Assembly: GCA_964035545.1 (NCBI GenBank)
Contig: OZ037771.1
Location: 9,355,408 to 9,419,407 of the forward strand
Reading direction: 5' to 3'
DNA from: Bugula neritina
Lineage: Eukaryota; Animalia; Bryozoa
DNA length: 64,000 nucleotides
Shown in pieces: positions 32,790-47,700 of the stretch (position 1 is the first letter of the stretch; each line of letters opens with the position of its first letter). The notes beneath the pieces are model-generated. The model had not been told where the DNA came from. It ran no database searches and was given only the letters and a program-made list of their open reading frames with translations. A program made the translations under genes and the position numbers.

Positions 32790-35700
32790 ATGGAACTTGA
32801 GAAGGCAGCTCCTTCTGGTCATTCACCATGCACACCAGTATCATCTAATAACAGACACCCTGGCCATTCAGAAACTAACTCTTCAGAATCAGACTCAGAC
32901 GATGAAACAACTGTACCTAGCCATTTCACTAGGAAAATTTCTACAAACAAGCGATTACATAAATCGGTAAAATCAATATATATATATATATATTTGTTTT
33001 TTTTAGCTAATTGAAATTTATATTAAATGACAAGATATTTCAATACTTTATTGGTATGTTGTACATTCATGATCATGGTAGCCATAAATAATCATATTAT
33101 TATTAGCACAGGTGGCATTATTAACCTATAATCAGTCTTTCTATTTGCAATTATATTTGATAGTTAAACTGGAAGAAAAGTCCTACCTCAAACTTTTCTA
33201 GTATTTGTAAGCACACTCACTTGAACTGCTGATAAAGTTATTAGATCATTCTTTATGCTAGGTTTGAAGTAGAAACTTGTTTTAAGTATGTTGGCAAAAT
33301 TATCATATTAAAGTTTGAGGTAACCAGAAGTGTTAATGAAAGTTTCGCTAAAGCTGAAAGTTTAATGTCCATATAGAAAGTTCACAGTTAGTTTAAGGTC
33401 ATTACTTTCCAGATGCAGGCACTGCTTTATGTTATATATAAACGGTTTCCAGGGGATAGCTCGAACAGTTTTTGTCTCACATTAACAAATTTTACATGAA
33501 AAGATAGCTCTTGCATTCCTCTTTCATATACTTTTTTAATTTTTCAATAAAAAATTTTCTGAGAAAGTTGTTGCATAATAAGTAAAATTTTACACCCTCC
33601 ATGTTCTACTGCTGTAGCACAGGGGATTCATTTTATAAAGTCTAAAAGTTAAACTTGACATTCCTTAATATGTTTTCTCTAATATACTTTCTTTGTTTTT
33701 TGAAATTCTGTTTATGCTCTTCACAATTTGGTAAAAACATACACCATTTTGCAAGTTTCACTGCAATTATCTAAATTCTTCATATGGTGGTTCTAGCTAC
33801 GCTCCTGTGACTAATTATAACATTCCTAGTACGTTTGCCGCTCTGCGCTATCACAATAACATATAGTACCCTCTCGCACAAATTGGCAATCTATTGGATT
33901 TCTGCCAATATAATGTTCCCTGTTTTACATTAGCACTTAGCTGAATCATCTCACTATGTTACAATCTATTGACAATGCCTCAGCACAACATAATTCTTTG
34001 TTTGTTTGGCAGAGTTAATTTCAGCTAAATCACTTCACTTTGCAGTCTTGTCAGTAAAGGTCTGTCTATAGTGCAGCAGTTGTACTTCCAGTTTCTCTAA
34101 TTCACATATGATTATTTTAAGTACATTGTATTCTATAAGATCAATTTAAAGTTTAGCCCAGTGTTCAGTAGCTAAGTATTATGCATGTATGTTGTCTTAC
34201 TGTTGAACAAAAGTTAAAAAAAAACTTTACAATTATAGCCATATTTATTATACATGCGTAGGATTTGCATAAATTGACAAAAAAAAATGCAGCATAATAG
34301 GATTGAACCATGACCAACCAGCTTCTCGCTGACGCCTTTAACCTCTAGACCACGCAGTCACCGTTAATAAATTGTCAACTATATGAGTAACTATGAGTAC
34401 ATAAATATTTTGCGCGCAAATGGGTTATAATTATTAGGCTGTCAATTCATGTTGATAGCAGTCAACTGTTGCAATAGTCTCGGGTTACTAGCAAAGCTAA
34501 TGGTTTTGAACAAATAACCCAAAAGTTTAAAAATAAGTAGCTTGCGTATTACTAGCTACAAAAACAGGTCTGAAATAGACTGGTAAAGCAAGCTCTTATT
34601 GTAGAGTTTGCAGATGTGCTCTAAAATAAAACTCAAACTGTATGCTATTACATAAGTATTTGTATGCGAGAGATATAAATGGACATTACTGAGTTTCTGG
34701 AAAACAACATACTTGAAGTTAACTTTGACAATGGTGTTTTCTTTTCATCATAGCTAGCCTATAGCATAAATCTCTAATCATATGAATCTTTATGAAGCCC
34801 ACAGCTCATGTAAGGGTGGCAATGTAATTTGAAACGAACAATTATGTTGCTGCATTGTGTCTAAGGTATATTAGAGAGCAGAATTTGGTTTTACTAGCCT
34901 ACCCCAACGGCATTCTACAATGCAGCTTATATGCTGGCAGTTGTAATAAGTACAGCCGATAGCAAGGTTACTATCACTGCTAGCTCTGTGCAGTATGTAA
35001 CCTCTTGAATAATTGCGCCAATTTTAAACTCTTGGAAGTTGGCCAAGTTATCATATCGCAGCCAGCCACCGGAAACAAAGCTTCAGAGCTATTCATATAA
35101 TATTATACTGATGCACTTGGTAGCAGAGTGGCTAATCTAATATAGTTCATAGTTCAACACCCTTTACTTTGGGAATACAGCCTCTTTTTTTAGGTTTACC
35201 TTACAAAGCATGAACATATCTAAACTGATATTCTGATAATTTAGAGGTACATTTTGAAAACTAGGTTAATTGCACTTGTTTGCACAACAACAATAATAAA
35301 ATAGATATTATGCAGTATAATAAAAACACACATAATACTATATAATATATTATAATGATAATAATATAATATTATAAGTACCATTACTGCATTTTATAAA
35401 TCACATGGTTGCCAAAAAAATGTATCACAAATTTTGTAATTATACATCAAAAATAGAACTATAGCTAGGCAGCAGGTTAGAATAGAGTAAATTTTTAAAA
35501 CATGAAATCATGATTTGACTATTGTTTTATTTAGGCCAACCAACCTAGGAGTACAAGATTGGGTTTTAGCTGACAGTTTATAACATTTAGCTTTTGAGCC
35601 AGCAGCACTGGCACTTGTGAAGTATAGGCAAAGTTAGTGAAGCGAGACTAACAAGCACTCAAATACAAGGCATATTGAGACACAATAACAAGTCAGGAGC

Positions 35701-38700
35701 GTATAAATTGAAAAGAATGTGGAAGGGGGACTTTGTTTTTCAACAAGCTATAACTTAAACATGAATTGGCTTTTGAAAAAAATAAAAAAGTATATTGGAG
35801 AACATAAGTTTCTTTATCTTTTCATATTTTTTTTGTTCCTGTGACATTCAACCTGTTCGAGCTATCAGTGGAACATTGTTCATATAGAACATAAAGCACC
35901 TGGCAAAGAGCCAGAAAATGAAAAGTGTGACCTTAAACTAACTGTGTTATAGTTATAGTTAAATTATAGTAGCAGTTTGGTAGCAAAAGTATCTGTTATT
36001 GAGTAGTTTTAGCCTTTCCATGAAACCAATTGCCAAATTTTTTATTGAGACAAAACTACAGTTTTATTTTATAGTTACAGCGAAAATGGCGATACTTATA
36101 TATGTACTAAAACTTTGAAAAATCATGAAAATTAAACTTTATTATTGACACTTTCACTTAGCAATTGTTCAAGTTGCGTGCTTCATCTTTCTGAAATCGT
36201 GGTATTTCAGCCAACACGTTGGGTCATTATTTGCTTGTCACTAACCGCTGTCAACGTAATGGCTAATTTTATTACAATAAAAACATTTTACCTAATATTA
36301 TCGGTCTACCTATTATCAGCGATCTACCTATCATCATTGGTCTATCTAATATAATCTGCTGTTGATAGATTAGGCTACACACCTACTTAATATTGAATAT
36401 TTAATTATAAACCAACTCTTGTAATAAATAGAATCTTATTATTATTGTAATGCCATATTAAAATAGTGGAAATTGTAACGTAAGAGTAGAGGAATAAACT
36501 TGTGAAAAACTATAAATTAAAATGCTGTTGATATACTTTATATTTTTATATGAAACATAACAACTAACTCTTTATTATTATTGGTAGTCTGTGTACCAAG
36601 ATCACAATAAAGTTATTGCAGTTCCAAGTGTGCAAGCCATCGAGTAAAATATTGCCTCTCGCAGACCTGTTGGTTCTGAGTAAATAATGGGAATGTATTT
36701 TACAAGCTAGCTTTTTTAGCCACCGAGTGTTTTATAAATGTGATTTTATTGTAGGTGTTCATAAAGGAAGGGTACCTACAAATTCTTCGGTCGACATCAT
36801 TCAATGTATGTTAATTTCATTTATTATTAAATTGTTGAATTTGAAACTATAGGTTGCAATAACATCTTGTCTAACTTTAATCTTTCTCGGAATACACACT
36901 ACACTTTCTAGTACACAATATGTACTTTGTAGTATGCATTGTACACCTTGTAGTTTGAGCTATGTGCTGGGAATATATACCCTGTATGACATTTATAAGG
37001 CTGATATACATGTATTACTGTGATACTGATAACACCAATGGCTACATTCAATAAGATTGGTGTTGGTACGCTGAATCCCATCTCCCCAACAGCATACCAG
37101 GATGAAAAGTCTGGAACTTGTCCATCAAATCTGTAAAATCAAGTTCCCATTCAATATCGCACAACTCCTAATACCTCACAGCCAGTTTATAATTTAAGTT
37201 AATATTTCCTAGGGCCATGCACTAATAATATCTGGAGTATCACATTCTTTATGTAACAAAAACCAGCTCACCTGGTTATAGAAATGCCTATCAACTGTAA
37301 ATGTGTTGCTGTATGGGACACAATGACTTGGCCACTCAACCATTTACTCTATTGGTTACTAGACTGCTTTTTACCCAACTGCAGAACATGCACCTCAGTA
37401 GATTAAGATGTGGAAACAGTAGCAGAATCATGTCGCAATTCTACACCAGCATACACTGATGATTGATACATGAAGTGTTGTGACGTATTACTTGCGTACA
37501 CTGCCGTGTGTCATAGATAGGCGTTAGTGATTTATCACCTGCTGGTAGCCATTCTCACATTACCTGCGCACCACTTACCTGTACAGAATTTTTTATATCT
37601 GCTATTTCATGCCAAGTTTAGCATTTCTTGGCCAGTGCTTGTTTTAGGTTACTAAGAAGGCAATAATTTATGTAATACATCATTTTTACTCACATTTAGA
37701 GATTGCAGATTTGTGTTAGTAATCTAAGGTCTTTTAATTTGAAATGTCTATGTTGAACTGTCTGGATATAACAAAAGTATGAGCTGCCAATATGTTGTGA
37801 CAGGATGATTGCCTCAGCAAATGGGTCTACCAACTGCTTTCATATCTACAATCACACTCATACATTTTCCTAGTTGATTTGCCTGGAAAACCAGGTGATT
37901 AGTCAGGCAGGCCCATAATATATACTATAGTAAACATATATACATAATAATAAACTAACACATGTATGTTGTAATTTATTCTGTGATGTACTAATGAGTG
38001 TGTTCAACTGTCCCATTAAAAACCGATCAAGGTGTGTGGATTACATACATCTTTAAACTCACTACCACTATTACTGCTACTACTGCTACTACTGCAACTA
38101 CTACTACTACTACTTCTGCTACTGCTATTACTACTACTGCTACTTCTGCTACTGCTACTACTACTACTACTACTGCTACTGCTGCTACTACTACTACTAC
38201 TGCTACTTCTGCTACTACTGCAACTACTGCTGCTGCTGCTGCTGTTCAATGCGACAGTGTGAAAGTGTGCTGATGTATCACTCCTCCTTTAACTAGATGG
38301 CCAGTGCTCTCTGGTGCTGGGGCCTACCTAGTGCAGCATAAAAAGTTTATGTTAATAAAATGCAAAGTAACAATTGTACCTTGTTTCTCAAACCAAATTT
38401 TGCAACAAAATCCAAGAACTCAGAGTTTAAAGAAATTTGTACTGCAGCTAAATGAATTGTGCCTGTATGTATAATATATATTGTGCCTGGTTAGAATGAT
38501 TAATTTCTTGAAACCTGGGGGTTTCATCACTGCTAGGATGGCTTTGTGGTTGCGGTTTGCATTAACCTATGGTTGTGATTTCATTCTATTGAACTGTTCC
38601 CTATCACTTCTTTCTAAGCTTCGCAGACTCAATTTTTCATTTGATGTTTGAAAGCCATGAGTTCATGCAACCGGCCACCTACAATTCATCTGTGCAATGG

Positions 38701-41700
38701 AAATGCATACTTAGTGATTCACCAAGCTGCCGTAAGAAATGAGGCCTTAAAAGTAAGCAACATTTCTGATGTAATCATGACAAACTTGGTTCTTTTAGAA
38801 ATGGAAGAAGAGATATTTTTGGTTGAAAGGGAAAACCCTGTTTTATGGCAGAGACAAGCAAGTAGGTTGCTACTAGTGCTATTCTATGAAATTGCTAAGC
38901 CATCTCTTTAACCCTTAGGGCTTAGAGTAATAGCTGTATATCATAATAATCTGTAGAGTATAGAGTGATAGAGTAATAGCTGTATATCATAATAATCTGT
39001 AGAGTATAGAGTAATAGCTGTATATCATAATAATCTGTAGAGTATAGAGTAATATCTGTATATCATAATAATCTGTAGAGTATAGAGTAATAGCTGTATA
39101 TCATAATAATCTGTAGAGTGTAGAGTAATAGCTGTATATCATGATAATCTGTAGAGTATAGAGTAATAGCTGTATATCATAATAATCTGTAGAGTATAGA
39201 GTAATAGCTGTATATCATAATAATCTGTAGAGTATAGAGTAATAGCTGTATATCATAATAATCTGTAGAGTATAGAGTAATAGCTGTATATCATAATAAT
39301 CTCTAGAGTATAGAGTAATAGCTGTATATCATAATAATCTGTAGAATATAGAGTAATAGCTGTATATCATAATAATCTCTAGAGTATAGAGTAATAGCTG
39401 TATATCATAATAATCTGTAGAGTATAGAGTAATAGCTGTATATCATAATAATCTGTAGAATATAGAGTAATAGCTGTATATCATAATAATCTGTAGAGTA
39501 TAGAGTAATAGCTGTATATCATAATAATCTGTAGAGTATAGAGTAATAGCTGTATATCATAATAATCTGTAGAGTATAGAGTAATAACTGTATATCATAA
39601 TAATCTGTAGAGTATAGAGTAATAGCTGTATATCATAATAATCTGTAGAGTATAGAGTAATAGGTCATCACAAGTACCGGAAGTATTTTCTTTGCTATCT
39701 GTGTATTATTATAACATTTATCTTATATTTAATAATATATCAGCTTTACTGTCAAATACTATTACTTTTTGTTTAGAACAGTGTGCTTGCAGCTACTCGG
39801 TGTTCATTTGAATGTTAATCCACCTGACATGTGCATATGCAGCGCCATATACCTGCTGTGTATACAGACACTGTTGCAACTTTAGGTTTACCAAATATTC
39901 AGTCAGGAAGTAGTGATTGTATTTTTGTTGAAAACTTGTGCATAGTTTTAAATCATATGTATTTAATATGTTGCTGTATTTAGGCAGATATATTTGAAGA
40001 AATTGATGTAGCCTTGTGTACTGTTGCTGAATACACTCTAAAGAACATCAACCATGCATTCCAGGTATCCCAGCCTATTATTTTCTCAATCCACGATTCA
40101 CCAAAGCCTTGCGGAACTCTAATTTAGTTCCTTTTTACCACATTTAAACTTGTTTAGTTTCCTATCTGTGTGTTCTATTCTCTCTTCAGGTCATCACGTC
40201 ATTTAGAAATTTTGTTTTGGCGACGGAAAGTCGTAAGGGAATGGAATCGTGGATCCAGGCTATTATATTTGCTTCTCGTGAACGATCATTCGATGTAAGT
40301 CTACAAACGTATAGTAATTCATATGCATCACATTTTATATACACATGTGCTGTTACCATTAATCAATATTTGATTAGGTCACTTTACCAGATGATTAAAC
40401 TGAGTATGAAGTACATGTACTGGCCCCACTATCCCTAACACTTACACTATATATGTACTTGTTCTCTCCATCTCTTAACCATACTTCTGTCTAAATAACG
40501 TAATTTGTAGTTTGTAGGTGTGAAAGTATCTGACTAGTAGTTTGACTACTCAGTGACTGTGTTTACACTTACCATGCAAATGGAGAGACAGTTTTATACT
40601 GGCAGATGAAATAAAATTTATAAATTTTGTAATTTTTTGAATTTATTAGAACCTGTTGTCTCACTTGCTTGTAACCCCAACTGTATATGCAGGTAACTGG
40701 AAAGACTATTAAATTATATCGTATACTTCTCATGATTTGGGACGAGTACTACATAGTTTAAGTGTTCAAGATTGAAATCCAGTAGGAAAAGGGACCGATT
40801 TTCTTCAATCATGATATTCAATAACATTTTCATCAAATTTCTTGTGAATTAAAATTGAATGGTCATTGGATTTCTGGCTCAGAGTTTTCATATTTATATT
40901 TTAAATTAAATATTCCTAGTGCTTTAATCTGCCTGTTCAACTTACAGTAGTGTGACTTGCAGCAGTGTGAATTACAGTAGTGTGACTTACAGTAGTGTGA
41001 CTTACAGTAGTGTGACTTACAGTAGTGTGGCTTACAGTAGTGTGACTTACAGTAGTGTGACTTACAGTAGTGTGGCTTACAGTAGTGTGACTTACAGTAG
41101 TGTGACTTACAGTAGTGTGACTTACAGTAGAGTAACTTACAGTACTGTGACTTATAGTAGTGTGACTTACAATAGTGTGACTTACAGTAGTGTGACTTAC
41201 AGTAGAGTAACTTACAGTACTGTGACTTATAGTAGTGTGACTTACAATAGTGTGACTTACAGTAGTGTGACTTACAGTAGTGTGACTTACAGTAGTGTGA
41301 CTTACAGTAGTGTGACTTACAGTAGTGTGACTTACAGTAGTGTGACTTAAAGTACTGTGATATACAGTAGTGTGACTTACAGTAGTGTGACTTACAGTAG
41401 TATGTAACTTGCGATGATCAATGATTTACAAAAGTAGATAAACAATTCTTTTACTCTGATAGCTTTATGAATTTCATAAGCATGTAAATATAACTCACTA
41501 AAGACTTATAATACAATTTTACAAGTGAAATAGTATATAGTAATGATTAGGTATAATTGTATATGCAGCCCCTGCAGTGCTGTATGCATACATATCATTA
41601 TCCCTTGTGTAGTTCAAAGAGATTTTTTTCAATTAGTTTAATTAAACTGATGCAGCAAAGGTACTGTCACCTTTGCATTAGGCATTCTAATACAAGTATA

Positions 41701-44700
41701 TCTATATTTTAACTGAAATACTATTTTGCAATTATTGAATATTATATTCATACTTCATAATCTGTAGCTATTTGTTATTCTATATTATTTACCACACAGT
41801 ATATCCAGTGGACTGTATTCTATTACACCACATCAATACCCTTAGTGGAGGCACTGTTATTTAACACTTGAAATAAAATGTGTTGTATTTATGCTGAATA
41901 TCTAAGTAAACACTAAACTATGCTTTCTGCGGTTTTATTTCCCAAATGTATTGATTTTCTAACAGATGTGGAGTGATGGTGTTTTCAGGCCAGTGACTGA
42001 CATTTTAGTTCTTAACGTATACCATGAAGTGGCTGCTTATGCTGAGCTGCTGACATTTGAAGCCATCTTCTCCCTGTGGCGCTGACTCGCATTGTCTGCA
42101 CATTTGTTAAACTAGCTTTTAGTTTCAAGTAAAATATATTCCTTAATAATGCAAATTAAAGCAAGTCTAGCATCTGGAAAAATTTCAACACACATGCTTT
42201 CTAGTAAAAACTTGAGTTACTATTGTTGTGGTACTCAACACCCATGTTGAAACAAAAAAGGATTTGAGAGAACTCAGGCTTGTTATTGCAGCAGCTTGTG
42301 TGACATACTTCTTGAATTTTGATAATGTAGAATATTGGAGGCCTTCTACCCTTAGGAATTTTGAGACCCTGCCCCTCCCTCCCCAAAAGAGGTTTTAAAC
42401 TTGCTGTGGAGAAATGAGGCTATTTTGTAGTGTTTAGTATTTACTGAATCCACATAACATGAGAGAAGTGGTATGAGAAGACTAAGTGTTGAACATTTAT
42501 TAAGCTAACTGTCACTCATAAGTGTCCCCCACTCATGCCCACAGTATACTACTTCCTCCACTAAGTGTGGAGGTACAAGAGTAGTGTGTTTACATCTGGC
42601 CATGTTAGGAGAAAATCTTTCTAAACTGGACACCAGTTTAAGTGGTGGTTGGGGGAATGTTGAGACAGTGACGCTTTATTTATCTTCTTAAATGGCTTTA
42701 TAATAAGCTGGTGCTAGTTGCAGAGTCCATGCGTTATGTCCCTTGCCAGACATATTGTATATAATAGTAGGCTGTTCTGAAAACTTAGATAGTAAGAGAT
42801 CGTACAGTTTAAACAGGTGTAACCTTATTTATAGCAGTAGCTCGGTCTCTGCTACAGATTCAGCTCAACGGTTGTACATTTTATACAACCCTTTTTAGAG
42901 GATTGACCAACAGAGTATGATATCGGGCTACCATAGTTGGTACATCACATCTCATGCTCGCCCCGTCTTCTGTAATGTGTGCAAGGAGGCTCTGCAAGGT
43001 GTTACATCACATGGACTTTCTTGTGGAGGTAAGATGTGTTGCTGCCATAACCTGTATTGTATGAGCTGTCTACCTACTTCGTGTCTAATTGTCTCTCTCA
43101 CTGCAAAGTATACATTTAGTCTGGTATTTGCAGTCTGTAGGTTCAAGTCACACAAGTTGTGTGCCAACAGGGCACCCCCTACCTGCAAGTGGAGCACTCT
43201 GGCTAGCATTGGCAAACACATTATTGAGGACCCAGACGGCAGTATTGGTAAGTTTTATATTCCACTCAGTATCTCCACTAATGGACGATCTACAGCCTTT
43301 TATTTCTGCTATTTGACTGCTTCATTTCCTCAATTTGATGCTTCGTCTGCTTGCATTGACCTCTAAGGGAAGTGTTCCTCATCTAGTATGGGGACACCTT
43401 TCACTGCTGTAGATGTATTAGGGTACTTATGTCTTGGATATAGCAGAGGGGGCATATTTCACTGCTGTAGATGTATATATGTGTACTTATGTACTGGATA
43501 TAGCAGAGGGACATATTTCACTGTAGATGTATTAGGGTACTTATGTCTTGGAGATAGCAGAGGGGGCATATTTCACTGCTGTAGATGTATTAGGGTACTT
43601 ATGTACTGGATATAGCAGAGGGGGCATATTTCACTGTAGATATGGAACACCAATGGATGGAAGGAAACATCCCAGTTGGCACACTCTGCACTGTTTGTGA
43701 CAAGAAATGTGGAAGTGTGAAAAAGTTGGTTGATGAGAGATGTCTTTGGTGCAAAGCTGTGGTAAGGCATGGCTTATTCTTTTCTGTGTACATATATGGT
43801 AGTGATGAAGTAGTTATATATAGCAATATAGTAATATAGTAGCTGTGTATAGCATATATAATTATAGTAATATAGTAGTTGTATATAGCATATATAATTA
43901 TAGTAATATAGTAGCTGTATATAGCATATATAATTATAGTAATGTAGTAGACTGGTAGTTATATGTAGCATATATTATTATATGCTGGAATAAAGCATAG
44001 TGTAAATATTGAACATATTGTAAATAGCCTATGCAGCGTGACTAGTGAACTCCTTTCTTGATCTCTACTGCTGGGAAAGGCTGTAGAGAGCATTGCATGT
44101 ATGACTCCAAAATGCAGCTACTGAGTCCAGAGAAATGTGATGTGACACAGGGTATTCAAGTAGTCAATATGTGGCTTATATATAACAGTGTATAATTGTA
44201 TATAACTATATCTACTTGTATATAACTGTGTCTACTTGTATATAACTGTGTCTACTTGTATATAACTGTGTCTACTTGTATATAACTGCGTCTACTTGTA
44301 TATAACTCTGTGTATGTATATAAAAATGTATACTTGTATATAAATATGTAAACCCACATATAAATATGTATGTATGTATATAAATATGTTTGTGTGTATA
44401 TAAATATATATGTATGTATGCTTATAAAGATGTATGTATGTATATAAATATGTATGTATGTATATAAAGATGTATGTATGTAAATAAATATGTACGTGTA
44501 TATATATATATATATAAGGTGCACACTGCGTGCAAAGATCAGCTGCCTAAGCGCTGCCAAAGGACGATATGCCAGTACTCTGTCATGGCCCCGATGTCGG
44601 TTCAGTCTATAGACTCAGATGGCATGTGCGAGGCTAACAGGGGCAAGTGCCGCGTCACATTCCCGCTTCTTGTGTTTGTCAACTCTAAGTCTGGCGACAA

Positions 44701-47700
44701 TCATGGAGTCAAGTTTCTCAGGAAGTTTAAACAACTGCTGAATCCAGCTCAAGTGTTTGATCTGATGAATGGCGGACCTAATCCGGGGTAAATTTATTCA
44801 ATTGTTCAATACAGTAATTCCACCTTACCTTGAAGGAGGAAAGTTGTCTAATTTTCATAGCATAATCTGCTCTGACATTCTGTGGAACCGATTGTGTTGG
44901 TTAGTGATGTTCAGCTTTTATCTTCTACCAATGTTTAAGCATATGTCAGAGTGAATGCAAGAAACTACCTCTTAAAAATATATGCTATGGTGATCATTGA
45001 ATACCTCAATTCAAAACTGGTAAAGCTGTTGTATAAACACTACTTGCTAGTAAGCATGCTGTGTATACTGTCTACAGTGTGAATATAAGCTTGTTGTAAG
45101 CATAGGATTATATGTCATATCACATGCTATCTCATAACACAATAGCCAAAGGGAGGTGCACTATGCAGAGCTTATTAAATGCTTCCTGTGATTATAAGAT
45201 TTAATAATGTATTATATAAATACTTGTTTGGTATTGTAATGTAGTAGTGTGGTAGTGATTTTAGGTAAAAATGGCCCAGGTAATAATGGCATCGGTAATA
45301 AGGGTACAAATGGAAAAGTCGGAAAAAATGGCACACTGATGTTAAATTTTCTCAAACCTTAAACCCCAAACTCAACCCCCACTCCCAAATCTAAGCACCA
45401 ACCTAAACACCCAACCTCACTCCAAACCCTAATATTTAAAATGTGCCTATTTTACCTATTTTACCATTTGTGCCATTTTTTACAGGTGCCATTATTACCC
45501 GTGCCATTTTTACTAGGGCCACTTTTACCGGACACCGTGTGGAGTGTATTGTAGTAATATGATAATGTAGGCTAATATAGTATCGTGTTTATTATAGTAA
45601 TATTATAATGCACTGTAGTCATATAATAAATTATTGTAGTATTATCTTGTTGCATTATAGTGTGTTATTTTATTTTATATTACAATGTTTTAATAATATT
45701 TCAGCCTCAGGTTATTCCAGAACTTTGATCAGTTCAGAATACTAATATGTGGAGGTGATGGGAGCATCGGTTGGGTGATGTCGGAGATTGACAGGCTGAA
45801 TCTACATTCGAAGGTATCTTTGTGCTTATTAGGAGACAGAACATTTGGTCATCATTTTCTTACCTATAAAAATCTAAATATTTGAAGTGTGTCAGCTGTG
45901 AGTTGTAGTAGTCAAAAGCTAATTATAGCTGAGAGTGCTGGCAGCAGGTGTGATTCAGATATTATTATTTAGAGTTAAATGTTATGTCAAAGTCAAATGG
46001 AGCTTGAATTTTTAAAAGGTGATTCTCTAGAGATGCTATTTCAGGTAAAAACATCTCTAAGTTTGATGGCAGCAAAAATCAGCAGAGATTTCTGTTTATA
46101 TACATGCTAGACTCTCCGGGGAACACATCATCTGTAATGACTATGCCGTGTTATTCCTCAAGCAGTCTATATGTTTATGCATGCTTTACCCTAATACGCC
46201 TGCATTCGTTAACTGTGCATACACTTGAGCTATAAAATTAAATTCCATTTCTTTGAAAGGTATCTAAAATAGATATGCAGTTTCTTAGAACTCTGTGAGT
46301 TGCGACATTTCCTGCTTCGTAAACCTCTCGTGTCTTCGACTCTTTTAGTGTACTTGTGTCTATGAAAAGTGTCAAAATAATCTCTGATTGCGGCTAGATT
46401 TATTGATTTACCTGTAGTACTGTACTGGTGGTACTCTACTGGTGGTACTCTACTGGTGGTACTATACTGGTGGTACTATACTGGTGGTACTCTACTGGTG
46501 GTACTATACTGGTGGTACTGTACTGGTGGTACTGTACTGATGGTACTCTACTGGTGGTACTCTACTGGTGGTACTCTACTGGTGGTACTCTACTGGTGGT
46601 ACTCTACTGGTGGTACTCTACTGGTGGTACTATACTGGTGGTACTCTACTGGTGGTACTATACTGGTGGTACTATACTGGTGGTACTCTACTGGTGGTAC
46701 TATACTGGTGGTACTCTACTGGTGGTACTATACTGGTGGTACTATACTGGTGGTACTATACTGGTGGTACTATACTGGTGGTACTATACTGGTGGTACTC
46801 TACTGGTGGTACTATACTGGTGGTACTATACTGGTGGTACTCTACTGGTGGTACTGTACTGACGGTACTGTACTGGTGGTACTCTACTGGTGGTACTCTA
46901 CTGGTGGTACTCTACTGGTGGTACTATACTGGTGGTACTATAATGGTGGTACTATACTGGTGGTACTCTACTGGTGGTACTATACTGATGGTACTCTACT
47001 GGTGGTACTGTGCTGGTAATATTGTACCACTGGTGCTGTACTGTGCTGTTTTCATGCAAGTAGCTTTACTCTCTCTAACCTGTAAGGTTTGTGTAATTTT
47101 TACATGACACTTTCAATTGCATTTTTAGTTGTTATTTTTTCTACTAAACTCTGAATTGAAAAAATACAAACAAATTTTTGTTGAAGGTATTTCAATTTCA
47201 GTTAGTAATTTGTTCGGAAAAGAATTATTAGTTGTTCACGGGATGTGATGAGATCAGAGGAAATCTACATTTGACCAATTAAAATGCCTTAGCAACTAAC
47301 TGCTATTTCTGACATAATATAATAGTGTTTAATGCTCCTGCTTTACTAGGATATTTGTTTTATATCTCAGCCTCTTTACCTTTTATAACATATTTATAGT
47401 TTTCAATTTGAAAATCCTGAATAATTTGGAATTAAAAAATAAATGGTGTTTATAATTTAGCATATATGTCTCCTTTTTCAGTGTCAGATTGGTGTGCTGC
47501 CATTAGGAACGGGTAATGATCTTGCCAGGGTTCTCGGATGGGGCTCAGTAATGACGGATGACAAAGACCTAGCCAATGTTATTGATAAACTAGAGCAATC
47601 CCAGATCAAAATGTTGGGTGAGTGTGTTAGAGATGTATTGTAGATTTATATTACTGTTGTTACAAGATAATCCATCATGCTGTTTTACTTGACCACAGTG

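Noticed and set aside
34280-34362. Functional tRNA gene
   Set aside because: A and B boxes are present, but I could not fold acceptor or anticodon stems.
36085-36095. YY1-like AAAATGGCG as an internal DGK promoter
   Set aside because: A single short motif with no other support.
37998-38273. Poly-T/S/L ORFs
   Set aside because: Trinucleotide microsatellite.
38799-38861. Apparent frameshift in the DGK PH exon
   Set aside because: Recounting the T-run gives an intact [21 protein letters not shown]; the ORF track simply shows another frame.
38924-39662. CRISPR-like appearance of the 29-44 bp arrays (also 4897, 25125, 57476)
   Set aside because: Units are head-to-tail with no unique spacers, there are no cas genes, and the context is eukaryotic introns.
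40952-41350. VTYSS-repeat ORF
   Set aside because: Translation of a 15-bp minisatellite; no ATG start or splice support.
46428-47107. Three overlapping long ORFs ([12 protein letters not shown] repeats)
   Set aside because: Artefact of a stop-free 14-bp minisatellite inside a DGK intron.
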